Below, one piece after another: positions 8,751-18,363 of a stretch of 64,000 nucleotides of DNA (its first letter is position 1; every line of letters begins with the position of its first letter). Below the pieces are notes generated by a model, which saw only the letters and a list, made by a program, of their open reading frames with translations, made no database searches and had not been told where the DNA came from. This DNA comes from Hyphomicrobiales bacterium. Lineage in GTDB: Bacteria; Pseudomonadota; Alphaproteobacteria; Rhizobiales; Aestuariivirgaceae. A program made the position numbers and the translations under genes. Location of the stretch: the NCBI GenBank assembly GCA_031430915.1, contig JANPCL010000110.1:1204-65203 (forward strand). Direction: 5' to 3'.

Positions 8751-10307
8751 TTATGCAAGGCCTGTTTGACACAAGCCCTGCCAAATCGGACGCATGGCTT
8801 TGCGAGCCGCCATGAATTGCGGGAAAATCCTGTCATAACACCCACTCAGATGGCCCTCTGGAGAAGTTGATGTGCCAAGGTGTGGGTCAACCCATGCCCT
8901 TGCACAGGCCACCATATCGGGGAAAACGCCTTGCTGCACCGCCGCTATCATGGCGGTTCCTGCTGCTCCCGCCTCTTCCCTGGAGACACTGCGGATTTCC
9001 GCGTGGAGAACACTTGCCAATATCAACCGCAGAGCCTTGGACCTTGCGGCACCACCCGTAAGTCTGATCTCCTTCGGAACTGACCCCATCGCGGCGTAAC
9101 AATCACGCGCAGCAAATGCGAGGCCTTCAAACACGCTGCGCATCATGTCGTAATAATGAGTAGTGGTATCAAGCCCATTGAACATGGCGCGCGCCGCCGT
9201 ATCCATGAACGGTCCACGTTCGCCCGCCCGCGAGATATAGGGATGATAGAGCAGTTTGGCGGGTGCGCGGGCCAGTATTTTATCATCAAGCCCTTTGAGC
9301 AAATCGTCGCGAGTTTTTTTCACGCCACTGTCAGCCAGGATGCCAATCGCAACATCCAGCAACCAATCAATATTCAATGTGGCAGCCATGTTGGATTGCA
9401 TCTGCGAAACCATGCCCGGTACGGGGAAAACAATTGTGAAGCCGGACTTTTCGGCGTTGAGTTGCACCGCGTTTGCATCGGTACGCAATCGCATATGCAT
9501 TCCGGTTGAACCAACGATCGTGCAACCCGATTGACCTGTGGGATCAAACAATCCGCCACCCAGACCTGTGCAAACCACGTCGATGAACCCTAGGCAAACA
9601 GGTGTGCCCGCTTTCAAACCTGCCAGCTTTGCGGCATCAGCCGAAAGGCTGCCGCAATTGATTGTGCCATCAACAACAGGCGTCAAAAGTTTCGTGGCAT
9701 CGCCAACTCTCAAATCATCCAGAATGTCTGGTTGATAGGTACGCGTCTTGTAGTTGCCAAAAGTGAAATTGGCTTCCGATGGATCGGTCACGCGGTCGCC
9801 TGTGAGTTTAAAGTAGATCCAGTCCTTGCAATGAAACGCGTGGGTGGCCTTCGCCAGAACATCGGGGCGATGGCGCTTCATCCATGCCAGTTTGCCACTC
9901 ATCTGGACCACGGTTAACCCCGTGCCAGTTCGTTCGTAGTGAGCTGCGTAGTTTTGTGTGCCTACATAATCTTCGACTATTGTTGCGGCACGATTGTCCA
10001 GCCAGATCGTGGCGGGGCCAACAGGCTCTCCCTCCCTGTCGATCAACCACATGCCATCCCCTTGCGCCGTCACAGAAATGGCAATCACGCGAGACGCTAG
10101 ATCAGGAATGATTTCACCGAGTTGCCTGAGAGTGGTTGCCGCATCAGCCCAGGTGCGGTTCATATCCTGTTCAACCGCGCCGTCGGGAAAAGTGACGTAG
10201 TCATTGGGAATGGCTGCAACGGCCAACTGCCTGCCATCACATGTAAAGGCCACAGACTTCAGCACCGAAGTACCGGCATCAATACCGATAATTATTCCGT
10301 CGTTCAT
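8751..10307 (-). CDS. FGGY-family carbohydrate kinase (second paralogue)
   Basis: 518-aa ORF with GIDAGTSVLK at the N-terminus and TGGAARS near the C-terminus. It is the first gene of the operon. Confidence 0.85.
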   Translation of the reverse strand: MNDGIIIGIDAGTSVLKSVAFTCDGRQLAVAAIPNDYVTFPDGAVEQDMNRTWADAATTLRQLGEIIPDLASRVIAISVTAQGDGMWLIDREGEPVGPATIWLDNRAATIVEDYVGTQNYAAHYERTGTGLTVVQMSGKLAWMKRHRPDVLAKATHAFHCKDWIYFKLTGDRVTDPSEANFTFGNYKTRTYQPDILDDLRVGDATKLLTPVVDGTINCGSLSADAAKLAGLKAGTPVCLGFIDVVCTGLGGGLFDPTGQSGCTIVGSTGMHMRLRTDANAVQLNAEKSGFTIVFPVPGMVSQMQSNMAATLNIDWLLDVAIGILADSGVKKTRDDLLKGLDDKILARAPAKLLYHPYISRAGERGPFMDTAARAMFNGLDTTTHYYDMMRSVFEGLAFAARDCYAAMGSVPKEIRLTGGAARSKALRLILASVLHAEIRSVSREEAGAAGTAMIAAVQQGVFPDMVACARAWVDPHLGTSTSPEGHLSGCYDRIFPQFMAARKAMRPIWQGLCQTGLA

Positions 10308-10563
10308 GGTTAAACACTCGCCTTGCTTGCCATTCTATGCGCCCCACATCGAAGAACGCAAATCGCATGACGTCAAGAGCGTTTAGAGTTGCTTCAGTAC
10401 AAGAGTTGATACAGCCCCGATTTGAGACTTAGCTCTGCCAGGTTAAATTCTCTATCATTGCGCAAGTAGCGCACACGACGTGACCTTGCCCTCGCGCTCA
10501 ATAAGTATGGCTATGTTGCATCCTGGCAGACTTTGAGTTGGCTCATCCGCTGGCTGCCAGTAA

Positions 10564-10884
10564 TTAACAGACTTTGCGAGGCTTCCCCGACCGACCGGTC
10601 TTTGGGCAGTCTAACAGGCCTATGCAAGTGAGACTGGGCTCATTCCTGAAGGCCTTACGGTTGCGGGCGTGATCATCGGTGTCACCAACCAAAACGTTAA
10701 ACAACGTCAGCCTGAAATGTTCTTCAAGCATTTGTTTGGGTTCCGTGAAGCGATGGCGGATCAAGGTTGAAAGGTCTTCATCGCTCGCATAACGCGCTTC
10801 CAGATCATTCAGCTCAAACATCGTCAACCATGACACAATTGCTTGGCGTGGCTTGCTGTAAAATAAATGTGCGCTTCCACCCAT
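10564..10884 (-). pseudogene. HipA-family kinase toxin remnant
   Basis: The 106-aa ORF carries the HipA catalytic-loop signature (FNVLVGDTDDHARN) but lacks most of the roughly 440-aa protein. A GGARPKA-like stretch (AGRFKAG) lies just upstream behind a stop codon. Confidence 0.5.
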
Positions 10885-10971
10885 ACAATTTGAAGCACCA
10901 GCCTTGAAGCGCCCCGCTTAGTGTGTTGCTTGATGGTGACGAGTCTCAAGTCTTCAGTGAGTTTACCCTGT

Positions 10972-11036
10972 CACATGATCTTCTCTTTGCTTTATTGTAG
11001 ATGGGCAAAGGGTCTTGAAATCTAGCGGCTATTCAC
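10972..11036. repeat. 65-nt intergenic repeat, copy A
   Basis: About 80% identical (roughly 52/65 by hand, ungapped) to 12699-12763. It abuts the SDR stop codon and contains the hairpin CTTTGC-N14-GCAAAG. Confidence 0.55.
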
Positions 11037-11891
11037 TCATGATTTCACATATCTGGCAAAGGCTTCGGAATAATCCGGGTGCCAGCGTGACAAGGGTTGG
11101 CGATTTTCGACAATGTCCCCAGCAGCCCAAAGTATGCGTTTTTCGTCGAGAGACCGCGGAACATCATTGTCGGGGCAGAGTATATAAAATTCTTTGGCCT
11201 CAATCCGCTTCATCATGTAGTTCACTGTCTGCTCAGCTGTCCAAGCGCCCGCTGGTTTCTCAGACCGACCGTTCGCCGTGAGTGCTGTGAATACAAAACC
11301 CGGTATTAACAAATGTGCGTCGATTTTGCAGCCCGGCGTAGTTCTCAGTTCATGCGCCAGTGCCTCAGTGAACACTTTCACACCTGCTTTTGAAAGATTA
11401 TAGGCCGGATCACCTGGAGGCGTGGTGATCCCCTGCTTGGAGCCCGTATTAATGACAAGCCCGGGCGTACCTCTTGCAATCATTCCTGGCACGAAGATCT
11501 GTGTACCATGGATAACGCCCCACAGGTTGACGTTGATAATCTTGGCCCAATTGTCTGATGGACCAAACATCCTGCTTCCCGACTGGATTCCGGCATTGTT
11601 CATCAGGACATCCACTCCGCCAAACCGATCCAGCAGTGCATCATGCAAATGTTGGAGATCTTCGGGACGGCTGACATCCACCACTTCTGCCATAACAGAC
11701 ACCGCACCTTCCGGCGCAACTTCCGTAAGGCGCGCCATTGCTTCGGACAGGCGCTCACTTTCGAGATCTGCGATACAAATTTTCAATCCCCTGCGGGCCA
11801 TCTGCATTGCCGCAGCAAAACCTATGCCGGATGCACCGCCTGTGACCAGAGCGACATTGCCAGCTTTAAGGGCGGGATGTGACATTGTCAC
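11037..11891 (-). CDS. SDR-family oxidoreductase
   Basis: 284-aa ORF with the TGGASGIG cofactor motif, NNAG, and YNLSK catalytic residues. Confidence 0.85.
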   Translation of the reverse strand: MTMSHPALKAGNVALVTGGASGIGFAAAMQMARRGLKICIADLESERLSEAMARLTEVAPEGAVSVMAEVVDVSRPEDLQHLHDALLDRFGGVDVLMNNAGIQSGSRMFGPSDNWAKIINVNLWGVIHGTQIFVPGMIARGTPGLVINTGSKQGITTPPGDPAYNLSKAGVKVFTEALAHELRTTPGCKIDAHLLIPGFVFTALTANGRSEKPAGAWTAEQTVNYMMKRIEAKEFYILCPDNDVPRSLDEKRILWAAGDIVENRQPLSRWHPDYSEAFARYVKS

Positions 11892-11911
11892 TTTCTACGC
11901 GTGCACCTGAG

Positions 11912-12307
11912 TTACTCTGTCGGCCCGCCTGCGTCTTTCCAGTCCTTAAATCCTCCGATATTGGTCACAGATGTGAAACCCATTTCCTTCAGTCTTTGAC
12001 CTGCGAGGGCTGCTTGCCCACCCAAGCCGCAGAGCAAATAAATATCAGCATCCTTTTTCATCACAGGATTATGGAACGGCAAGCTGTCATCAGCAGCGAA
12101 CTCGATAAATCCGCGGGGAATACGGTGTGCACCCGCAACTGTTCCACTTTTGGCAATATCGGCACTGTCACGCACGTCAATAAATGTACCGCCACCCTTG
12201 GCATGGACGGCTATGGCTTCATTGGATGGAATGCGGGTAACGACAGCATTGGCTTCTGCTAGGTAGTCCATGGCAGTTTTCATTGGTGTTCTCCTCAATT
12301 TCAGCAT
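11912..12307 (-). CDS. Rhodanese-domain sulfurtransferase
   Basis: 131-aa ORF with a single rhodanese fold and active-site loop (LLCGLGGQA). The true start may be the internal MKTAMDY. Confidence 0.75.
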   Translation of the reverse strand: MLKLRRTPMKTAMDYLAEANAVVTRIPSNEAIAVHAKGGGTFIDVRDSADIAKSGTVAGAHRIPRGFIEFAADDSLPFHNPVMKKDADIYLLCGLGGQAALAGQRLKEMGFTSVTNIGGFKDWKDAGGPTE

Positions 12308-12520
12308 GTGATTGAGTTGCCACTTTGCCAGTGAGCTATGCAGACGTCAAACGTGGTATTTCGCTAGAATCTACTTTCATTCTTGAACGCGAAGTTGTGA
12401 GAATAGAATACACCGCAAAGGTGGAACTTGCGCGTGATGATGTCGTTTCTTCAACACGTCAGATGGCATCGACCTTGGAAGATAAAAACATTGACCATCG
12501 TGGCAATGATTTTGGCGCTA

Positions 12521-12703
12521 TCAGCGCAAAAATGTGCTTGAAAAGTTTCGAGTGTTACATTGTAAAAAAAGCGTGATCATAATCACGGCAGTGCACTTGA
12601 AAGCCATCGTTGGCGATATGGCTGTAAGGCCGGGTGCCGGAACATTCTTATAAAAGTATTGCGGGAGCTTTTGCGGCATGCCTTCGACACGGGGCTCACC
12701 CAT
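12521..12703 (-). CDS. Hypothetical 60-aa protein
   Basis: A strong AAGGAG sits 5 nt before the ATG and there is one hydrophobic stretch. I recognise no homology. The start lies inside repeat copy B. Confidence 0.3.
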   Translation of the reverse strand: MGEPRVEGMPQKLPQYFYKNVPAPGLTAISPTMAFKCTAVIMITLFLQCNTRNFSSTFLR

Positions 12704-12763
12704 GATCGTCTCCTTGCCTCATTTTAAAGGGGCAAAGTGTCTACAAATCTAGGGGCTATTCAT
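12699..12763. repeat. 65-nt intergenic repeat, copy B
   Basis: Paralogue of 10972-11036, located about 20 nt downstream of the PAP2 stop. Here the repeat supplies the RBS and ATG of the 60-codon ORF. In copy A the same ATG is followed directly by TGA. Confidence 0.55.
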
Positions 12764-12783
12764 TTCAATATCCGTGCTTCTCA

Positions 12784-13752
12784 TCAAGGGGGCGGAATCA
12801 AATCATCGCAAGTCCACATATCTTCTGTGAAACGTTGCAAATTGTTGAATAAACTTGCCTCAATTTGAGTTACAAGAAGGTAATTTATCTTTGGCAGATG
12901 TGGTGCGTGCGCGACCAAGGGATGAGCCAAAAAGAGAGCAAGTGCTGCAGCGAGCCAGACCACTGTCCCGACCACGAACCACGGAAACATGGGACGAGCA
13001 CTTGGAGGAGTCTTAGGATGCCCGGCGAGTTTGAACACAGTCAACACTGTCGCCACCAAGGCAGGCCCTAGCGCCATACTCGCCATGACATCCGAGGGCC
13101 AGTGGACGCCAAGATAAATTCGAGAGAACCCAATTCCTAGAATGAGGGGGGTGAAGGTTGCAATAATGAAGGCTTTTAATACCCAACTCTTTGTCTGACT
13201 GACGGCATAGCAGGCAATGAAGCCGTAAAAGGCAAAAGCGACAAGGGCATGGCCGCTTGGAAAGCTACTCCCCGCAGCTGGAACCAATGCGTTGTCGAGA
13301 TTGGGCCTTTCACGATGGAATGCAAACTTGGTTGCCTGGGAAAGCAGTTGCTCGCCGAGGACCGAAGTCAAGAAGGCACCAAGCCACCACCGCTGGCGGG
13401 AGACATAAAGTAGGCTCGCAAAGACAACTGTTCCAACTGCAATAACCTGCCAGTTGCCGAGGTCGGTCAGAAACAGCATCACTTGATTGTAAGCGGGCTC
13501 GCGGAGGGTCTGCACAAACGAGCTTAACCGCAAGTCCGCACGAACAAGTGGATCGCCATTAATATAGTCCTCGGCAATCGCGAAAAACGAGAGCCAGCAG
13601 CCAGCAGCGATAAAAATACCTAAAGCTACGGGCAAACCTTCGCGCGTGCTTAAGCTCAACAGAAAATTGAAAAACCTTGGGTAGGATGAACGCCAGGACT
13701 TAAAAAGCCGGGACTTTTTAAAACGTTCTTTTGGATCAAACAGAGTTTTCAT
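12784..13752 (-). CDS. PAP2-family membrane phosphatase
   Basis: 322-aa multi-TM ORF with all three acid-phosphatase motifs: KFAFHRERP, PSGH and SRIYLGVHWPSD. Confidence 0.75.
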   Translation of the reverse strand: MKTLFDPKERFKKSRLFKSWRSSYPRFFNFLLSLSTREGLPVALGIFIAAGCWLSFFAIAEDYINGDPLVRADLRLSSFVQTLREPAYNQVMLFLTDLGNWQVIAVGTVVFASLLYVSRQRWWLGAFLTSVLGEQLLSQATKFAFHRERPNLDNALVPAAGSSFPSGHALVAFAFYGFIACYAVSQTKSWVLKAFIIATFTPLILGIGFSRIYLGVHWPSDVMASMALGPALVATVLTVFKLAGHPKTPPSARPMFPWFVVGTVVWLAAALALFLAHPLVAHAPHLPKINYLLVTQIEASLFNNLQRFTEDMWTCDDLIPPP

Positions 13753-13891
13753 CGATAAACGACCTTATTAAATATATGTGATTGTTGGCAGCAAAACTTT
13801 GCCTGTGTGACTACAACACACAACGGAAATTTTCGTTTCGTAATAGTATAATCCGCATGTTGTCAGCGATTTGATAAGGACTTGACCAAGC

Positions 13892-14398
13892 ATGGAGAAC
13901 AAGCCTCAGGGATTACTTCACAAGCTTTTTGACGGGGTCGTGATCCTCAAAGGGTTGAATGGCCTCGCCGAGATTATCAGCGGCACGTCACTGCTTTTTC
14001 TTCGCGATGGTAGCATTATAAGCTTGGTCACATCGTTGACCCAAGCGGAGTTAATTGAAGACCCCCAAGACCATCTGGCCCTCTTGCTGCAACATTGGGC
14101 AGCCGGGTTTGGTAATGACTCACAACAGTTCGCTGCACTCTACCTGCTCGCCCACGGGGTGGGCAAAGTTCTACTTGCAGTGATGCTCTTCTTGGAAAAA
14201 ACCTGGGCATTTCCGCTGGCATTGGTGTTGTTTTCAGTGCTGATAACTTTTTCGATCTATCGATTGACCATGAATTGGTCATTGGCGCTTGCAGGATTTG
14301 TTGTCTTTGACTTATTCACCATCTGGTTAATTGCAAGAGAGTGGATGGCTATAAAGCGGTTAAGTCCTGTCGGTGAAGATTCTAGGATGCCTCGATGA
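13892..14398 (+). CDS. Small integral membrane protein (DUF2127-like)
   Basis: 168-aa ORF with four predicted TM helices. The family assignment is from memory only. Confidence 0.55.
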   Translation: MENKPQGLLHKLFDGVVILKGLNGLAEIISGTSLLFLRDGSIISLVTSLTQAELIEDPQDHLALLLQHWAAGFGNDSQQFAALYLLAHGVGKVLLAVMLFLEKTWAFPLALVLFSVLITFSIYRLTMNWSLALAGFVVFDLFTIWLIAREWMAIKRLSPVGEDSRMPR

Positions 14399-14800
14399 TA
14401 ATCAATATTACAGCAATCAAGGACTAGGCAAAACAACTGAAGCGCGATGTCGTTGCGCTTTGGACTGCAGCTCGCGATTCCCGGGTGCCTTGGTAAGCAA
14501 AGTTAGTGTCTGGAATGGTCGCTACCTATGCACTTAGTCCAATTGATCTGATTCCAGATTTCATCCCCATTTTTGGTTATCTCGACGATTTGATAATTGT
14601 TCCGCTTAGAATCTTGCTCGCCGTGCGACTTATTCCTGATGATCTGATGCAGGAGTTTCGCAACGAGGCAATTCTTCGATAAAGCCGCCCGAAAAACTGG
14701 CTGGGGTTGCTGGTAATTGTGGCTATCTGGATCGTCTGCGCGGCCGGGGCAATTTTGTTTTTTTGGCCAGATGCAGTAGGTTTATTGATGAACCGAATAT
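14395..14800 (+). pseudogene. DUF1232 (YkvA-like) membrane protein gene, inactivated
   Basis: The diagnostic YALSPIDLIPDFIPIFGYLDDLIIVP motif is present. The frame from ATG 14395 has TAG at 14425-14427 and TAA at 14494-14496. The C-terminal TM segment (WLGLLVIVAIWIVCAAGAILFFW) is in another frame after about 14680. Confidence 0.6.
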
Positions 14801-14831
14801 GAATTGCATGTGTTTAGAGAAATAGGACAAA

Positions 14832-15737
14832 ATGAATAAATCGTTGACTCCTCCTCCGTCCCATTGTTTGCAATCATCCATGATCAAAATTCTGATCTAC
14901 GCGTTGCTAGGGTTTTGGTCGCTTGTTTGCCTGTTTCCTTTGTATTGGATCGCTGTGACCTCGCTGAAGGGTGATCCAGAGATTATGAACGGACCCTATT
15001 ACCTTCCATTTGTGGACTTCACACCGTAGCTCCATGCGTGGGTGGTTGACTTTACATATGCCAATGACCATTTGCTGTGGCGGTTTTTTAACTCAACCGT
15101 CGTTGCAGTCACTTCAACAGTCTTTACCATTCTAGCAGGTGGCATGGCAGTTTACGGACTGACGCGCTTTCGGTATGCGCCGCGATGGTTTCCTTCTTTA
15201 GGCAATAACTTCATCCTTTTTGCTGTGTTAGCCACTCGCATTTTGCCGCCCATCGTTGTGGCTATTCCGCTCTATATAATGGCTCTTTACACGAGCACAC
15301 TTGACACACATTTTGCTCTCATATTTACCTACACTGCTGCAAATCTACCCGTTGCAGTTTGGTTATTGCTGCCTGTTTTGGGAAAGATTGCTACGTCGCA
15401 GGTAGAAGCCGCTCAACTCGACGGCGCGTCTCATTTTGAAATTTTCCTGACAATCTTTCTGCCAATGGTAGCGGCAAGTACAGCTGCAGTTGGGGTGCTC
15501 ATATTTGTGCTGTGCTGGAACGAATATGTTTTCGCGTCTTTTCTCACAAGTGATAAGACTTCGACACTTCCAGCTTGGATTATCGGTCAAATGTCAATCA
15601 AGGAAGCGCAAGTCGGCAGTGATGGCGATGAACGGCCTCAGCTCTCTGCCGCCATTATCATGATAATCATACCTCTGATTGCATGTGCTGCTTTCACCCA
15701 GCGTATCCTCGGCCGTAGTGCAGTGGGCAGACAATGA
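14832..15737 (+). pseudogene. ABC sugar-transporter permease (MalG/UgpE-like), interrupted by an in-frame TAG
   Basis: ORFs 14832-15029 and 15042-15737 are in the same frame and together form one permease. TAG at 15027-15029 interrupts ...FVDFTP*LHAW.... No partner permease, binding protein or ATPase lies nearby. Confidence 0.7.
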
Positions 15738-16058
15738 TATTATTTATTGATGGCTCGCGCTTTCCATGGAGGTTAGGTTGGTTGAATTGAGAGTGTGTGC
15801 AAATCTGCCGTGTCCTTGTCGCTTGAGGACTCTTGATAGGGATCCACACCTGAGGTGTGGGATCGCCATCCATTTTCAGAGAACCTGACCTAGGCTCACT
15901 CGTTTGACGGCTATCCTGTATGATATTTAGTTTTACTGTAAAAGATGTGATCAAGCGAAACTGATAGAAAAGTGAAGGCCTCGGAATTTCAAATTGTCAG
16001 AGGCCTTCTTTACGTGAGCAACTGTCTTTCCAGTTGTTACCTTTACCTAGTGTGCCGC

Positions 16059-16772
16059 TTAGTTGTTCAGATCATCAAGATAGTTACAGGTCTCACTCGT
16101 CTTCTGTTGACTACCATATTCAAAAATACGGTTGCGGTCGTCAGGACCGTCACGCCGCTGAGCAACAGAACGCGGCAGGAGTTGTGCCCTATCGACAGTG
16201 GCATCAGCTCCGGCTTCCACCTGGCTCCTTTCGAAGAAAGTCACGAGACAGACCTTATCTTCTTCGTTGTCACCATCTTGACCATTGTCAGCATTGTCAT
16301 TTTCCAAGTTATCAAGGTAGTTGCAGGTTCGCCTGGTTTTTTCTGGGCTGCCATAGGTGAATATGCGATTCCGATCATTGGGAGCATCACGCCTTATGGC
16401 AACGGACCGTGGCAAGAGACGGGCCTGTTCCACATCAGCATCCGCACCGCCACTGACTTGGCTGCGTTCAAAGAACGTCACAAAGCATACCATTGGCTCG
16501 CCATAACCGCTGCCAGGGCGCCGATTGCTAAAGTAATAGCCACCAGAGCCGTAGTACAAGGTGAACCCAACCTTAGGCCGCTTTTGGAAACGTGACGGCA
16601 AATGATGGCAACGGGTTACTTTCGTTCTCAAATACCCTTGAGCATCAATTGCCTGGTACCGGCAGAGTGAACCCTGCTTATGGGCTTCGGCCGATGTGCT
16701 GAGCACGGGGAGAGTCAGCAGCGTGGCTGCAGTGGCGGCAACGCCCAGCAGCTTGTTAAATAGCAATGTCAT
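16059..16772 (-). CDS. Secreted hypothetical protein with two ~64-aa internal repeats
   Basis: Signal peptide ending AEA. It carries a duplicated module VC(F/L)VTFFERSQV..GADA..LLPRSVA.RRD.P.DRNRIF.YGS..KT..TCNYLD. The antisense ORF 15972-16595 is judged a shadow. Confidence 0.55.
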   Translation of the reverse strand: MTLLFNKLLGVAATAATLLTLPVLSTSAEAHKQGSLCRYQAIDAQGYLRTKVTRCHHLPSRFQKRPKVGFTLYYGSGGYYFSNRRPGSGYGEPMVCFVTFFERSQVSGGADADVEQARLLPRSVAIRRDAPNDRNRIFTYGSPEKTRRTCNYLDNLENDNADNGQDGDNEEDKVCLVTFFERSQVEAGADATVDRAQLLPRSVAQRRDGPDDRNRIFEYGSQQKTSETCNYLDDLNN

Positions 16773-16866
16773 GATATGAACCTATTCATCGAAAAATATC
16801 TGGGGTTACGGGCCCTTTGGCCCACGAGAGGACATTGCAGACAAAATCTGCGCCGTCCCATAATTA

Positions 16867-17226
16867 TCAATAATACCTTATCCGGCGTACACTGACGATC
16901 TCAGCAGAATATGAATCCACTCGGACAATAAATGTTCCTTCCCCGCGTAGCGCACGAAAGCGATATGTCGACCCTTCACATTTCATGGGCTGGATTTGAC
17001 GATAGCCTTGCTGGCGAACGGCCTGTTTGCCTTCCCAGCAGGAGATTTGGTCGTCATCGTCCTGATCATCACCATCATAGACGGGCCAGGGATGATAATT
17101 AGAATAAGGATCATAACCGGGATAGGGCTCGCCGACAGAGATCCCGAATGACGTGCCAGCCTGCGCTGGCTGTGCAATAACAACAAGCGTCAGCGCAATG
17201 GGCAGCGCCAACAAAAGCGTTCTCAT
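16867..17226 (-). CDS. Small secreted hypothetical protein
   Basis: 119 aa, with a signal peptide (..AQPAQA), an acidic DGDDQDDDDQ tract and a Cys pair. Confidence 0.55.
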   Translation of the reverse strand: MRTLLLALPIALTLVVIAQPAQAGTSFGISVGEPYPGYDPYSNYHPWPVYDGDDQDDDDQISCWEGKQAVRQQGYRQIQPMKCEGSTYRFRALRGEGTFIVRVDSYSAEIVSVRRIRYY

Positions 17227-17573
17227 ATCTTCTACTCCACTTTAAGCCACCCAGCTTGAGCAAAGATTACCAACCCGTAAGTGAACCTACGCCAACTCAT
17301 CTGTTCATCCGCCGTTCACAAACCAGCGTTCACAGTTCTTGTGTGAAAGATTAAGCAGGGTCGATGACAGAGTCGATGCGAGTGTGTTCCGGATTTTTGA
17401 AAAGATTGGCGAGCCTCAGTGCGCGTGCGAGAGAGAGTTGGTAGAGGTATTTATGAACGTCAAGCGGTTGCTGCACACATACTCTATTCGCAAATGCGCA
17501 ACTTTTAAAATGCTAACTTCAAAATTCGATGATGAGTTCGTTCTCGCAGCTATACCTCTCGAGTATTGTGTAA

Positions 17574-18137
17574 TTGAGACCACATTTGATGTTCTTAGAT
17601 GAAGCCACCACGTCCTGGATCAATTCATTTGCCGGACAGAGTGACAGTCTTGACAGTTTAATGGTGGCAATTTCAATAGCAGGCATATCAGTGATCATCA
17701 TGATTGTGATCCTCCAGTGGTGGTCACTGACCGACGCACACCATGTCCGACATAGCTGTGTTGCATCGGGGCTTGCCTTCTTGCTGGGGCTGTCGGTCAA
17801 TCAATTCATCCTGCTATTTGTGCACAGGATCCGTCCTTATGACGATGGTGTGACCCATTTGATTGTTTCAAAAAGCATGGACTGGTCATTCCCTTCTGAC
17901 CACGCAACGGCAGCTATTGCCATTGCTGCAATGTTCTTCCTGAAAAATCTGAAGGGCCGAGCAATGGCTTTAGGTATTTTGGGATTCTTGGTGTGCGTCT
18001 CACGCGTTTATGTGGGCACGCATTACGTCACAGACGTAATGGGTGGAGCGATTACTGGTATATTATCGGCTTTATTTATCTGCTGTCTCTACCGGGAAGG
18101 ATCGAAATGGGATCGTTTCATCACAAACATAATCTGA
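17574..18137 (+). CDS. PAP2-family phosphatase (undecaprenyl-diphosphatase-like)
   Basis: RIRP, PSDH and SRVYVGTHYVTD motifs plus several TM helices. The start may be ATG 17589. Confidence 0.75.
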   Translation: MRPHLMFLDEATTSWINSFAGQSDSLDSLMVAISIAGISVIIMIVILQWWSLTDAHHVRHSCVASGLAFLLGLSVNQFILLFVHRIRPYDDGVTHLIVSKSMDWSFPSDHATAAIAIAAMFFLKNLKGRAMALGILGFLVCVSRVYVGTHYVTDVMGGAITGILSALFICCLYREGSKWDRFITNII

Positions 18138-18295
18138 AACAGGCTCCTGGTCAGTTGTTATCGTGTAACATTGAGAGAACCAGTGCCGCTCTGAGAGGAC
18201 ACTGGCTCGCCGCTATCGGCATGCCGATAGATCTTTAAAACAATGACCAAATGAAAGAGCTAACCTGACCGTTTAAAACGCTAGCTTGGTGAATA

Positions 18296-18335
18296 AAACA
18301 GTAAAAAGGCCCCACCATAATAGAGTGGTGGGGCC
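18296..18335 (-). terminator. Rho-independent terminator
   Basis: A 10-bp stem (GGCCCCACCA/TGGTGGGGCC, 18308-18317/18326-18335) with an 8-nt loop is followed on the minus strand by TTTTTACTGTTTT. Confidence 0.7.
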
Positions 18336-18363
18336 CATCATACTGATTAATGTTCTAGCTCCC

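Noticed and set aside
12639-12664. Plus-strand GGAAC at 12639 as another EcfG promoter
   Set aside because: The -10 position reads TGCG/GCGG at N16/N17 with no TT, and no plus-strand gene follows.
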